A stretch of DNA of 64,000 bases from Ascidiella aspersa (Eukaryota): positions 31,806,001 to 31,870,000 of the forward strand of contig OZ004609.1 in the NCBI GenBank assembly GCA_963924565.1, given 5' to 3'. Shown piece after piece: positions 25,701 through 36,242 of this stretch. Positions within the stretch are counted from its first letter, which is position 1. The number at the start of each line of letters is the position of its first letter. The position numbers and the translations under genes were made by a program. A model generated the notes under the pieces. The model was not told the origin of the DNA. It saw nothing but the letters and a program-made list of their open reading frames with translations, and did no database searches.

Positions 25701-28700
25701 GCCTAAGTGTAGGTCGGCCAAGTTAGATTGGTAACTCATACCTCATGTTTGCAAACAGCTCGTCCCGATTGGGGATATCCCCCAAAAGCTGATTAATCTG
25801 GCCGATGAAGAGCAAGATGTCGCTGTCGACTGAGTAGTTTTGAATGGCGGCCACAAACCGCTGCAAATCCTTTGTACGATCGCCGAGACAAGCCTTTATC
25901 TAACGAGGTTGTTTATAGAGTGTTTTATCGCTATGACAAATAGTTTGCAAACTATTCGTCTGACAAAACATAACAAGTATCTATATTATAGAGAATGATA
26001 CCATATGAAAAATTATTTGTTGCAAGTTTGACATCATCGGTAAAATTGCATTTTGTCTCCGGCTAAACTTAGCCCCATCAAGTGACCCGAATACCTTTAA
26101 ACATACAGTAAAGCGATTTTGTATCTTTAAGCATATTGAAGTAATATGTGACATAGTATACTTAAGAGTAGCCTACATGTAGAAATACATTAGAAAGCAC
26201 ATGTTTGGTTAGTGATTAAAAAATCCGGTTTTGCAAAACTTTACAATCTTACATTGTCAAGGAAATCTTTTGCTTTTTGTTGCCCAGCAGTTCTGTACAG
26301 CGTTTCTGATTCCTCTGAAGGCATTTCGAACTGTTCGACTTTCTGGGCAACTTGTTCTGTGACTCGCGGTGAAATTTCTTTGACCGATATTACGCCCACT
26401 TGTGCCCCACCGACGCGCACGCAATCTTCCAGTAGAGAGCGCGCTTGTTCAATGTCTGATACGATCATTTCATCGATCTGCAAAGATGTCAGAGACGGTT
26501 TTTTTCCGGATCGCTAAAAGTAGTATACTGCCATTTTTTCCTGAGTAACACCGGTTTTTGTGGGGCAGTAAATTACTAAAATTATTACTTACATTTACAT
26601 TGATATTAACATTACACCATAACCAAAAAGGTAAAAGTGTTAACCTTTTGCCGATGCTCAGTTCAAATCTGGCCCTACCTCCAAGAGGCGGCATCTCTTC
26701 CTTATGAAGATTGGTTGTCCTGAGGACTTGGTCCGAACAGATACTGACATTTAGGGCATTTCCAGCCTACTTTGTGGCCAATGGGAAGAAAAAGCCACTA
26801 CACGTTCACCCCTTATAGTACTTTACATTACTTTGTTTACTTTCTTTTAGTTAGTAAAATCAGAGTTGTTCAATCAACTCCTCAACATGGCACGCTCAAG
26901 TCAAACCCTAGATTTGCTAAATGCAGAACAAATTTTACACTTCTTTATATTAAAGTTAGCAAAGCGTTTTAAGGCAGCGCTATCGTATTGTCATCTAAAA
27001 TCTAGATTATAATAACGCACGCCTTGTTTTATACTACTGGTTGATACTGTTAATGCTGTGCTAAAATGTTGTACCGTACTCAATAAAACCTTGTCATGTA
27101 TCATTTGTAAACGTGCTCTCCTTCAAAGAAAAGTAAAAACATGTTCAATTTGTGGTTATTTGCTTTTTGAAATTTACAATTGTATAAACATCCATGGATG
27201 TTTCTTTTATAATATTTAGAAATAAAAAAACTTTATTTTACATACCTAAAGCAATTTAAGCATAAATAATAAATAATGCAATTACAGAAAAGGGCAAAAT
27301 CAGTGTGATAAAAGATGCTTATTTGCCAGAAAAAAAGACATGACACCTACCTTGATGAGAACATCTCCTGATTTTAGGTTGGTATAGTATGCCGGACTTC
27401 GTTGTACCACGTGGTCGATAATCACCGGGAAAGGTCCTTTCAAGGTCAAACCGAACAACCGAATGTCAGACGTCGGGGCCCTTTAACAAGGACGGATTAA
27501 CGTTTGAACTTTTACTTGTTAGCACGTTGCTGACAAAATAACTGACATTACACTTGATTCTAGGTTACATAGAGTTATACATGGTTTAATTTAAAAGGGA
27601 TTAAGGTTTAGCTTATCCACAAAACCACACGATTCCTATGTGGTAAATACGCGTATCTGTCTAAAATTTTTAATATATTCTAAAAAGATACAAATGTCTT
27701 TTATCACCCTCTGTAATTTACAAAATTAGTAATCCGTTCGATCAAATTGACTCGTAAGCGTCTAAAGATGATGTCTTTAAAACTGACGTTATCAGTTAGA
27801 TTATTTTGATATAAACAAAAAGAACACAGGTTTTCAATTACCCTATTTAGTGTCAACCATAGATGTAAGATGGTGCATTCGATAATATAAAAGTTTCCTG
27901 GTTGAATATAATGGTATGGGTAAATATAATGGTACATCACTGAAGGTAAATTTAGATGATGTAATATAGCGTGATAAAGACGTTTAACAAGTTTGCAAAA
28001 ATCCAACGAACGTACTAACAAAACAATAATATTTGAGAATGCATTTGCATAACTGAAAAAAAGTTTAAAGCCGCGGTATTGTAAACTTCTCAAGTAAAAC
28101 TACTTAAAACAAAGACACGTTTTTAATAGGACGTTAATTATCGTTCTAAGATGGAGGGTTTTCATGTTTGTAGAAAACTGTCCGATTGAATCTACGTCGC
28201 AGTTTCCTATTCTGCGGATTAGGGCAAGACATTTAGTCAATAAGACAATCAATAAGCAGATCAAAAAAGGTCATGTCATTCAAAATCGCGCCTCTGGCCC
28301 TATAGCGAAAGTTTATCACGCCACCGTTGCAAACCCGAACATGTGAAAAAAGGCGAGAAACATCCAAGGTACTCGAGGTGCATACGCAATGGTAACAACA
28401 CAACAGGTGCCATTGTATTTCACGTCTGAGGCTGTACAATTCGGTATTTGGTCGTGATCGGGCAAGAATTCGCGACCGCAGGTGTAGCAAATTGGCCTGT
28501 GAGTTTGCCATCTCGAGCCCGAAGATAAGTCACCGCCTTCACCAAGAGCCTTTGCTTAAGCAATTCGTTCGGTTAACCTAGCGGTCGACAAACTACCGCT
28601 TTCGCTGTTCTTATTTTTGGCCACCGTGGCTGCCCTAATAAAGTCAACGTTCGGATATTACAACGGTGTTAACTGATAGTTTTTAAGATCCACTATTTGT

Positions 28701-31700
28701 TTTTACCTAAAGAGTTTTGCAGTTTCGCTGTTGAATTATTATCAAGTCAATAAACCTCGAGGCATGTTTTGTGTGTGTTAGCAATCTTAAGCCCTTTACA
28801 AAAATGTGGACCATCCTTATGACAACTGTTTGTGCGATTGGGCGAATAAGTGGGGAACTATTGGAGACCGGGTATTTCCTTGTAAGACTTACGAACTGCG
28901 TACGATAAATTTGTTTCTGGCTGCGCACACATACAACTATTATGTAGTTTATGTTAGGCCAAAGTGGTTATACAGTCACGTTTAATATTTAAATTGTATA
29001 TTAAAAATGGGCTGTCCGCACCAATTATTGTCACCCGCAGTGACTATAAGATGTTACTATGGGCTTCATCTAAGACAAAATTGCGATAGTGTTACTGCGG
29101 GAGGGGTGTACCAAATAAAAAGCCACAAACCCGTGACAAAAAAAGGATAAATGTTGAGTTGTTTCAAATGTCATGTCATCCGACCAAAATGGGCAAGACA
29201 GGCAACGAAATAGAACTATGCCTGTCAATTGTCGTTCAGGCCTGTCACAAAGCCTCTTATAGGAATCAGTTAAACAGGCTTTCGCCTTAAAGCTTGAGTG
29301 TGTCGTCAAAATCCGGCACGCGCCCGCAATGGACTCACGTCGCGAGCTGTGATTTACGCGCTTTTAAAAAGGTTTAAAGACACTTGGCCTTTAGCTTGCG
29401 CGCAGGTGTTGCGAAGAACTCGTAACTCATCGAACGTTGTCTTCTTTCGAATACCACAACGGGCGCTGGATTATCTATTAGAAAATCTGGCTGCGGGAAA
29501 TTTTCACTTCAGGTTAACGGGTGCGACGCTTCTCGTGTCACCTTGGAGAGATTTTGAGCTAGGTTGCCTGTGTGTTAGGTGGAAGTACCGATCTTTATCT
29601 AATATGCTATTTTGCTTTAAGTAAGTCGACACGCGAAAATATTTGTGTAATAAGCCTTTTGTCTTGTGTTCGAGAGTGCACTAGCCTCTGATTCGGCCTT
29701 GGCGACACAAATACGTTGCATAAAAACTCAACTGAATTTTGACACGGCCTTTTCAAATCACCTTTGTGGCACAGTTCAAGCAGATAACCACATAATAGTA
29801 CAAACTAAAGTTAACCTCAAACTTGGAAATTGATGTCCGATTCAAGCTTTCGTGCATGTATTTATCTTAAGGAATGCGCAAAATCTTGTCAGTTTGTGGC
29901 GCAATGGTTTTAAAGTTGTCGCATCGAATATCAAAAATAACTGCCTCTATATGCGTAATGCCTATCTGCGCAAAAATCACGGAGGCGTGCGGTACGCAAA
30001 GCGAATTGCTGGTTTCGTGGCAAAATGGGGAAAATTTAAACAACCTAAGGCTGATCTAATCTTATCAAGGCAGGAATCGAGACCTCAGAATGTGAAAACA
30101 CTTTAATCCTGATTTGTTTTCAACTGTTCTGAAAGGCATTTTCCGTTCGTTTATATGCTAATGACATACGTTATAGTATTTTTTAAGATAAGCTAAAATA
30201 AGAGGTACGAAATGACTTAGAACCGAATGATTGAGTTTACAGGGCGTGAGTCCACAAAAATCGTAACATTTTAAAAAGTCAATACTGTTTTAAAATCAAA
30301 TGAGGTGAGCAGAGAGCCACTCTTAATAAAAAATACTATTTTCAAAATGTGTTAAACAATGGTAATGCGGTGTCCTAAACAACTTGTAATCCTCCTGAAA
30401 TGTCATTTTGACAACTCCCTATACCGGATATGCAGTGCGATAAGGATTGCATCTACCTTTAAACGGGTATTATTTAAATATAGTTTGAATGTGATTCGTA
30501 CCGATCAGGTATCAAACGTTAAACCTTTGCCAAACAAAATATCAATTTTAAAAAAGGAAAAAATGGCAAATAGGCAAATTAAGCATGACCGATTTAGAAA
30601 TAATATTCTTATTTCCCCTTTTTGTTTTAACATACTAGAAAAGTTAACAAGGGGCTGGTTTGTTATTTTAAGTGACCTAATGTCAGAAATGTGCAAAACA
30701 ACGCAAAGCGACAAAACACACGTTTTTAAAAAGATATATATATATATTTCCGTCAACCAAACACCTTACATTGCACCAAAACCAAAAACCGCGGCCACCA
30801 ATGTCAGCAAAATATACTACGAAGCAGGACGGCTGGTTTCCCCTTTAAAATTCACCTGCACAACACCAATCACAAGATTGCATCTCAAGCCAGTAAACAG
30901 CACACCTGTATGCGGTGATAAACATTTTATGTGCTGCAAAACTTGCGCACACCTCTATACCGCAACCTATATGTTTTGTACTGGATGTCTGCAGCCGAAT
31001 TACTTGACTTAAATACATTCAAGTCACTGTTTTCAACTTCATTGACTTGACTTAAGTGCTTTGGACAAATTATTTTTTAGTTGAAGTTCACCAAATTTAT
31101 TAGCGTAACCTTTAATTTTCTTAATAAGGATTTGAATTATACTTCACTTGCCTTAATTATGATTGGAATGGGATTTAACTTGGGCAACGGATGATTTGTA
31201 CTGGGACGTTTAATTGAAAAAGACTTAAATTGGACTTAAGTCATTTCAAAACAACTTGTTTAGAACACTGGCCAACTTACGTAAGAGTGATTTCCGTTAC
31301 CCTCGAATAAACATTTTACGGGTCATGCTGCAAAACTTGCGCACTGCTCTTTACCCGAACCTATGTTTTGCACTTGAGGTTTGCAATCGACTTACGTAAG
31401 GGTGACCTCCTTTAACCTCGAAGCAACCCCAAGCCCGGGGGTCGCCGGAGCCAATTTGGCGGCCAGGTCGACGATCTGTAAACTCGAGTAACCCGCCACG
31501 TCGCGGTCGTTGACCTGCCAAAAAAATGACACATATAAAAAATGGATGAACAATTTTCACCAAGTTAAGTAGATGGAACAAGTGGTAAGTTAGCCGGAAC
31601 GGTCTGGAAAGGCATTCAGATAAAACAAATGCTGCTGAACCGTCGTTCCTGTAAAATAGACTTCAAGTACGTCATATCGTTAAAATTGTTCTTTGGCCAC

Positions 31701-34700
31701 GTTCCTCTTTAACAAGCCGCTCTCTCCTACATTGTATTTAAACTATATGATTCCAGTTCCATATCTGTCTACTACACCGTACGATTGCCTTTTCTGCTAG
31801 GTGACTTTTAAGACGTGCTGTTGTGCCTTAACTTTGTGACACAAAAAAAATTCATCTTTTCGGTAAGACATTCATTCTACTGTCACCTCTGTATAGAACA
31901 AACAAATTAATCGTTTTCCTTCCTTCAAGAGTATGTTTTCCTAATATACTTTTAATACTGACACAGTCGTACTTTTGGTTTGCCTCAGAAATACACCAAA
32001 TCATTGTAAGATATGTAACCTCAAAATATTAGGAAAAATTTAAAGGCATATTTTGACATTAAACGAGAGTTTCGCAAGTCAATTGACTTTGCTGCGCTTT
32101 ACAGGAAGAAAAATCGGAAAAATATAAAAATAAATTTCGGCAAAATATAACTTACAGTGCCAAGGTTGTAAATTGTTTAGCATATTTTAACCAAAACATT
32201 TTTAGATGAGAGTTCGATGAATTAATGCCACAGGCAAACGGGTGAAAAGAATTGATAATTCTTCTCACACATAGAAGTTTTTTATTTCGCCGCCTTGAAA
32301 TATAACAAGACCGCGTAAAAGTTTAACAAATGATACGACGGTGCTAATTACCATATTCTGCAACTTATCAATTTATTTATGTTTTGGTAGTAAACTGTTA
32401 ACCACCACTCCTTGTGGAGCCGAACGTTTTTAATTATAAACAGATTAAACCGTATACTATGCATGCTGTAATCTGTCTGACCTATACGGTGATCACTGAT
32501 CATATACCACTCCCACAGCCCATCTAGATCGAATTCAAGACTATACTACTCTAACGACAGAACCCACAAACTATATTGTCTGTTGTTTGACCAACAAAAC
32601 TTATTTAATTTTAAACGGCCTAACATGGGTGTTGATTAGTGTGGTTAAAAATAATTATAAATTGGAAGACGAAAACCTAAAATGTAAACATAGTAAGCGT
32701 AGACTATTTTAGTGCTGTCTGTGTTAGTCAAAGTTTTCAATGTTTCAACAATAGATTACATGCGGCTGAACAAAGGTGTATATAAATCACACGCGGTAGA
32801 TAACCTATTATTAAGTTCACCGAATGTTACGATGTCTGAGTTAAAATGTTTCGTGGTGGGAATTGCATTACCGCAAACGAGGTGGTCCTGTTATATATTG
32901 ACGTCAGAACGTCAGAGATACGAACCCAGACAACGAGATGATCTCACAAAGAAAAACAAACTCTAAAGCTTTGGATTACGCGGTGTGCAATTTAAAAAAA
33001 GACATACTTTGTCACCTTGTCCTCCTATTGTGGTAAAAGTTGAAAGTTACAAACAGTTAATCTTGCAAAGTTGTTTGCCAATGATCATTTTTTTTAATTC
33101 GGAAAAATGGCGATGCTGTTAAAAGCTTCGTTAACTTAGTAATCATTCTTTAACAATTTTATGATTTAACACTCGGAAACAACTTTCGAGGATGTTTGTG
33201 GTTAGCTGGGTTGTCCAAGTCGCTACATCTTCAACAGTTAACAACCGTAAACTTTCTTAAAAGTTAAAAATAAAACAACTCTAGTCGTGTGTTACTACTT
33301 TAGCTCAAATATCTTTGACAATATTAGGGCTCCCTTTCCCGTAAGTGCTGGAATGTTGCGGTTCGTGAACTTGACTTTAGAAGCGCTTCGTTCAGTCGGA
33401 ATATATATTGCCCCATTTTGTCGCGGTTCATTGCTTTTGATATTCGCGGAGTTCGTTCGTTGCAGGTTCGCAGATCCAAGCTACGCCGCCGACAATACAA
33501 TAATGAGTCACTGCGTTTTTACGGCCGCCACGGAACACTCGCCTGCGCCGCCATAGAAAGCTGCAACGTTTTGACTGCTTCCGATTATTGCTAACGGGGC
33601 ATTTCGTCGGCCATAAATTGACAACTGCGCAGGTTTCTAGTCTGTGGTCATACCGGAGCAAGGGTGTTTCTGATGATTTACCACAAATAACCGAACATAG
33701 AGAAGTGCCCGGTCTGGCTATGGTGCAACACAATTATTGATCAAACTTAACAATGGTAAAATAATCTATTCCTGTTTTCCAAAGAAAGCTGCATTGTGTA
33801 TTGTTTCAGTAATTATGGTATAGTTTGTTGCACAATAAAGACAATAGGTGTCGTTTTACCAAGAAAGGCGCCAAAATAGAGTTTTAAAAAGCGATTTAAA
33901 CATCGTTAAGTTTGCTCTTCATTTTGGATGTGAGAAACTATTCCTAAAATAAATCCAAAAATACTAAAAGTCATTTCAAAGCCTTTGAAACTTTAAAATA
34001 GCGTTGTGTAAGTTGCTTTTTAGACAAACAAGTGCGAAGCTTGGGACAACTTCAGTCGAAAAGGATTTTGATAAAAATTGCAACTTTTCACTTATTTCAT
34101 GAAATACTTTTAGAAAACCAACAATGCTCGTTTTAAGTAGAAAGCTCTACAATCTATCAAACAAACTAATATACTAAGCCAATATAAAAGTTTGCTTGAC
34201 AGTTAAACCAACAGGGTGGTGACTGGTGATAGGTTAATGGCCAATTCTTACCACAGGTTAATGGCCAACACTTACTCAAGAACCAGGTATGTCACCCATT
34301 GTTGTTGCATTTGCAGAGCTAACGTATTGATATTACTTATACGTTCTTTAATACCGAAAAGAGAACATTCAAATCGATTAATTGAATTATCCTATCTGAT
34401 TTGAACAGAAGTGCACCAATCAATCAACGTGTCAACGTCAATTACATACACGACAGTATCTTTCCGAATTGATTGATTGTTATGCTGGTCGGAAGCTTGT
34501 AGGTAATTGTTTACATAAACAAAGTATGCCCAAAAAGTATAGGCAAAATATTAAAGAGCGAGCAAGGTTGATCTAAACAGATAACAGTGAAAAGGAAAAA
34601 TCCAAAAAGCCAATTTACAGGTTGTCAAGGTTTGTTATAACCAAAGTATGGGGAATTGTTAAAACAACCGCCACAGATTGGTCACCTTATCAGATAACAA

Positions 34701-36242
34701 ACAATACGTTCAGCTTAAAATTATTTGTAACAACCCGGGCTCGCACCATGAAGGATTTACATTCACGCCAATGTATTATAGACCTGATGTTAATCGTAGG
34801 GCACTTGATCTTGGCACAGTGACCGAAGCACAAGTTTAGTACAACGCAATTTTTGTAATGAACAATTTTCTACACCTGCACTATGAAGGCCAGCGCCGTT
34901 CGTCTAGGCGACGTATTTTAAAGCTGGCGCCAGTTCTATATCACTGTTAGGCAATAATCCTTTGACGTGTTGGGTAACCAGCTACAAACATAACACGGGA
35001 GGGAGAAGGATGTGTTTCTGTGGGTTTAGTACACCCGATGTTTGAGCCACAAGTATGCAGTCGATGATGCGTTGCACTAACACAACTTCGAAATTGCCGA
35101 ATTCAAAGTAAGTGAAATTAAAAGTTATGAGCTTGGTATTTAGCCCCATAATTTTGTGAATGAAAAAAAAAATTTGTGCTAAAAAAATAAAGGGCTTTCA
35201 CTTGTAAAACTACTAAAATTTGACAAAAAAGTTTTTTTAATTTAAATTGTCGAAGTTAGGTCGCCCACAATGGCAAAATTCCTGCATAGTTTAAGTTCTG
35301 ATTCGGCACTTATACGGTTCAAATAGGGGTGTCTTGAATATCAGGCAATGTATAGAGCCACGATGTTGAGGTTGTGCTAATAACGACACTAGTTTAAATG
35401 ACACTTAGGCTGAATGACTTTAATTTAAATTACACATTTTTTAAATATTATTTTGATATTTGTTTTGTTCGTCTTAACCAGTTCGTGTTATCTAAAAAGA
35501 AACGCGAAAAACTTAATTTAAAAAGCTCTTCTGCAACAACCAATGATGGTAATTTTGGCGTAAATGTGTTTAGTTTATGTGGTTAAAATCGTTTTCTTTG
35601 TTGTTTTTTGATAAGTTTCAGCAATATTTTGCCGATTTTATGCAGTTGTCCGTCGCTTTCTGTCAGAAAATTCATTTGTCAGAAATAATATTTCGGAAGA
35701 AACAAACTTCTTATCAATAAACCAAATTATAAAAAAAAATACATAAAACCCCAATTAACCTGACATTCGCATGTGTCAAGTTCAGCATTTTTTGTGTTTT
35801 TGAAACTTGCTATAGTAGTTTACTCCCTTATTGGCTAAACGGAAATTTTTCAATAAAGTGGGTAGACCTAATTCCACGTCGTTTGTAATGCTTTTATAAG
35901 TCAACCTTCCTATTTTTTTGCAAGTAGAAATATTTACCGCACGACGCAGAATGTGTATTTCCAGTCTGCAGTTCTCTTTCTGCTTTGTTGAATCTCTCTG
36001 TTTTTGCCCTGATGTCCCTGCCCCTAGCATAAGAACCGATACTACAGGATAAAGTATCAGGCATCGGCTCTACTCGGATAATACCAAACATTCCTATTTA
36101 CCTGCAGCAGTTGATCTCCTGGACGAAGGCCGCTATTATCCGCCACACTTCCCTTCTCCACTGCTACGATGTACGAAGGGCCATCTCCGTAGATTTGGAA
36201 GCCGAAGTTTTCCGGCCATCGATGCTTTCCCTCATCCGACAT
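1016..36242 (-). CDS. GRID2IP: Delphilin (GRID2IP)-like multi-PDZ/harmonin-N-like scaffold, spliced gene. Coding exons: 36102-36242, 31396-31514, 27351-27480, 26253-26477, 25742-25899, 25064-25154, 24479-24621, 21432-21517, 6538-6607, 3369-3466, 2838-3013, 2134-2365, 1016-1732. 3' end uncertain.
   Basis: All 12 introns are GT-AG and the phases chain without a break (0,2,0,0,2,0,2,1,2,1,0,1). Peptides match vertebrate delphilin as I recall it: WPENFGFQIYGDGP...GLRPGDQLLQV, RYFIPKHHKDAFD, LIQGSGSMPTL, WASEYIPDTITFRGKTFRNQMEKLL. Confidence 0.9.
2134..2365 (-). CDS. GRID2IP: Delphilin-like exon 12 (harmonin-N-like domain 2)
   Basis: MEKLLHPDEQRTVKHALTEFYCNRQLDGLLYQLYPII...IWHYVLSCLTEHERDALKRKL; phase 0 to 1, donor AG|GTGACT. 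Confidence 0.9.
2838..3013 (-). CDS. GRID2IP: Delphilin-like exon 11 (linker and start of harmonin-N-like domain 2)
   Basis: SAYHNASGYVTK...QLIWASEYIPDTITFRGKTFRNQ|gtaaag; phase 1 to 0. Confidence 0.9.
3369..3466 (-). CDS. GRID2IP: Delphilin-like exon 10 (PDZ3 C-part)
   Basis: tttatttag|NLPHAKAVALIQGSGSMPTLILQTTSGHLSQP|gtaagc; phase 2 to 1. Confidence 0.9.
6538..6607 (-). CDS. GRID2IP: Delphilin-like exon 9 (PDZ3 middle)
   Basis: ttgttacag|(D)SPSAQASLREGDEIIAINGISL|gtaagt; phase 1 to 2; continues the PDZ of exon 8 across a 14.8-kb intron. Confidence 0.88.
10128..10456. repeat. Diverged tandem duplication (about 185-bp period) with an internal 21-bp direct repeat
   Basis: TTCTTTGCACAAT...AAAACTACACCAGA...TATTTCAGAATTA occurs at 10128-10271 and 10313-10456; TAACTCAAACGCAGCGTTTCC occurs twice between them. 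Confidence 0.8.
10861..10960 (+). mobile_element. Second, degenerate copy of the hammerhead-bearing repeat (homologous to 22229-22317)
   Basis: aTGAAGA-T-GATAC(atgtta)GTATC-GAAACGTC followed by ...TGTCGATCTA..CTCGACCTTTTTGGCTTTG, shared with the 22.2-kb copy. C3 of the core is mutated. Confidence 0.6.
21432..21517 (-). CDS. GRID2IP: Delphilin-like exon 8 (PDZ3 N-part)
   Basis: tttacag|SVKVPRGEKSFGLTLRGSQPIMIDDVER|gtaggc; classic PDZ carboxylate loop SFGLTLRG; phase 2 to 1. Confidence 0.9.
21759..22070. mobile_element. hAT (Charlie-like) non-autonomous MITE
   Basis: 14-bp perfect TIR CAGGGGTGTCCAAC...GTTGGACACCCCTG; flanked by a duplicated GTCTAAA (7-8 bp TSD); no ORF. Confidence 0.88.
22137..22225. 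repeat. Perfect inverted repeat, 37-bp arms and 15-nt loop
   Basis: GTGTGACTGAAAAGCAAATCAAAGCTTCACTTATAAA (22137-22173) and its exact reverse complement (22189-22225). Confidence 0.92.
22229..22260 (+). ncRNA. Candidate minimal type I hammerhead ribozyme motif (Penelope-like element remnant)
   Basis: CTGAAGA-T-GATAC(aagttc)GTATC-GAAA-CGTC: CUGANGA box, 5-bp helix II, GAAA box and palindromic ACGU with a GUC triplet. Helix I is weak. Confidence 0.6.
23064..23511. mobile_element. Degenerate MITE/fold-back element with about 60-bp imperfect terminal inverted repeats
   Basis: GGTGTCCAATGACCTTAGGTTTGAAACGACCTTTGAC...CCGAAATG at 23064 is the imperfect reverse complement of CATTTCGG...GTCAAAGGTCCTTACAAACCTTAAGGTCATTGGGCACC ending at 23511; AT-rich interior. 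Confidence 0.7.
24479..24621 (-). CDS. GRID2IP: Delphilin-like exon 7 (Cys-rich linker)
   Basis: ctgtag|ISLNDVPILVTCDCSLPSCCCSMALSNGSCNAFVQHDQGVNSYVQRI(R)|gtattg; the open exon I found that supplies the required phase 0 to 2 link between exons 6 and 8. Confidence 0.75.
25064..25154 (-). CDS. GRID2IP: Delphilin-like exon 6 (end of HN1)
   Basis: tttttcag|(R)YFIPKHHKDAFDRIMAVQNNTGHTTFAAPQ|gtaatc; resembles delphilin RIFIPKKH..FD; phase 2 to 0. Confidence 0.88.
25742..25899 (-). CDS. GRID2IP: Delphilin-like exon 5 (harmonin-N-like helical domain 1)
   Basis: IKACLGDRTKDLQRFVAAIQNYSVDSDILLFIGQINQLLGDIPNRDELFANM(R); phase 0 to 2, donor AG|GTATGA. Confidence 0.87.
26253..26477 (-). CDS. GRID2IP: Delphilin-like exon 4 (PDZ2 C-half and linker into harmonin-N-like domain 1)
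   Basis: ctttgcag|IDEMIVSDIEQARSLLEDC...QQKAKDFLDN|gtaaga; 75 codons, phase 0 to 0. Confidence 0.87.
27351..27480 (-). CDS. GRID2IP: Delphilin-like exon 3 (PDZ2 N-half)
   Basis: APTSDIRLFGLTLKGPFPVIIDHVVQRSPAYYTNLKSGDVLIK; PDZ signature (LFGLTL...SPA...LKSGD); phase 2 to 0, donor AAG|GTAGGT. Confidence 0.88.
31396..31514 (-). CDS. GRID2IP: Delphilin-like exon 2 (PDZ1 C-half)
   Basis: tttttggcag|VNDRDVAGYSSLQIVDLAAKLAPATPGLGVASRLKEVTL|gtaagt; phase 0 to 2; this frame is not in the ORF track. Confidence 0.88.
36102..36242 (-). CDS. GRID2IP: Delphilin-like coding exon 1 (PDZ1 N-half)
   Basis: ATG at 36242; MSDEGKHRWPENFGFQIYGDGPSYIVAVEKGSVADNSGLRPGDQLLQ; donor CAG|GTAAAT, phase 0, 47 codons. 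Confidence 0.92.

Noticed and set aside
30359-31012. 217-aa plus-strand ORF inside delphilin intron 2
   Set aside because: AT-rich with no recognisable domain or codon bias, and it overlaps a local duplicated segment. Most likely a chance ORF.
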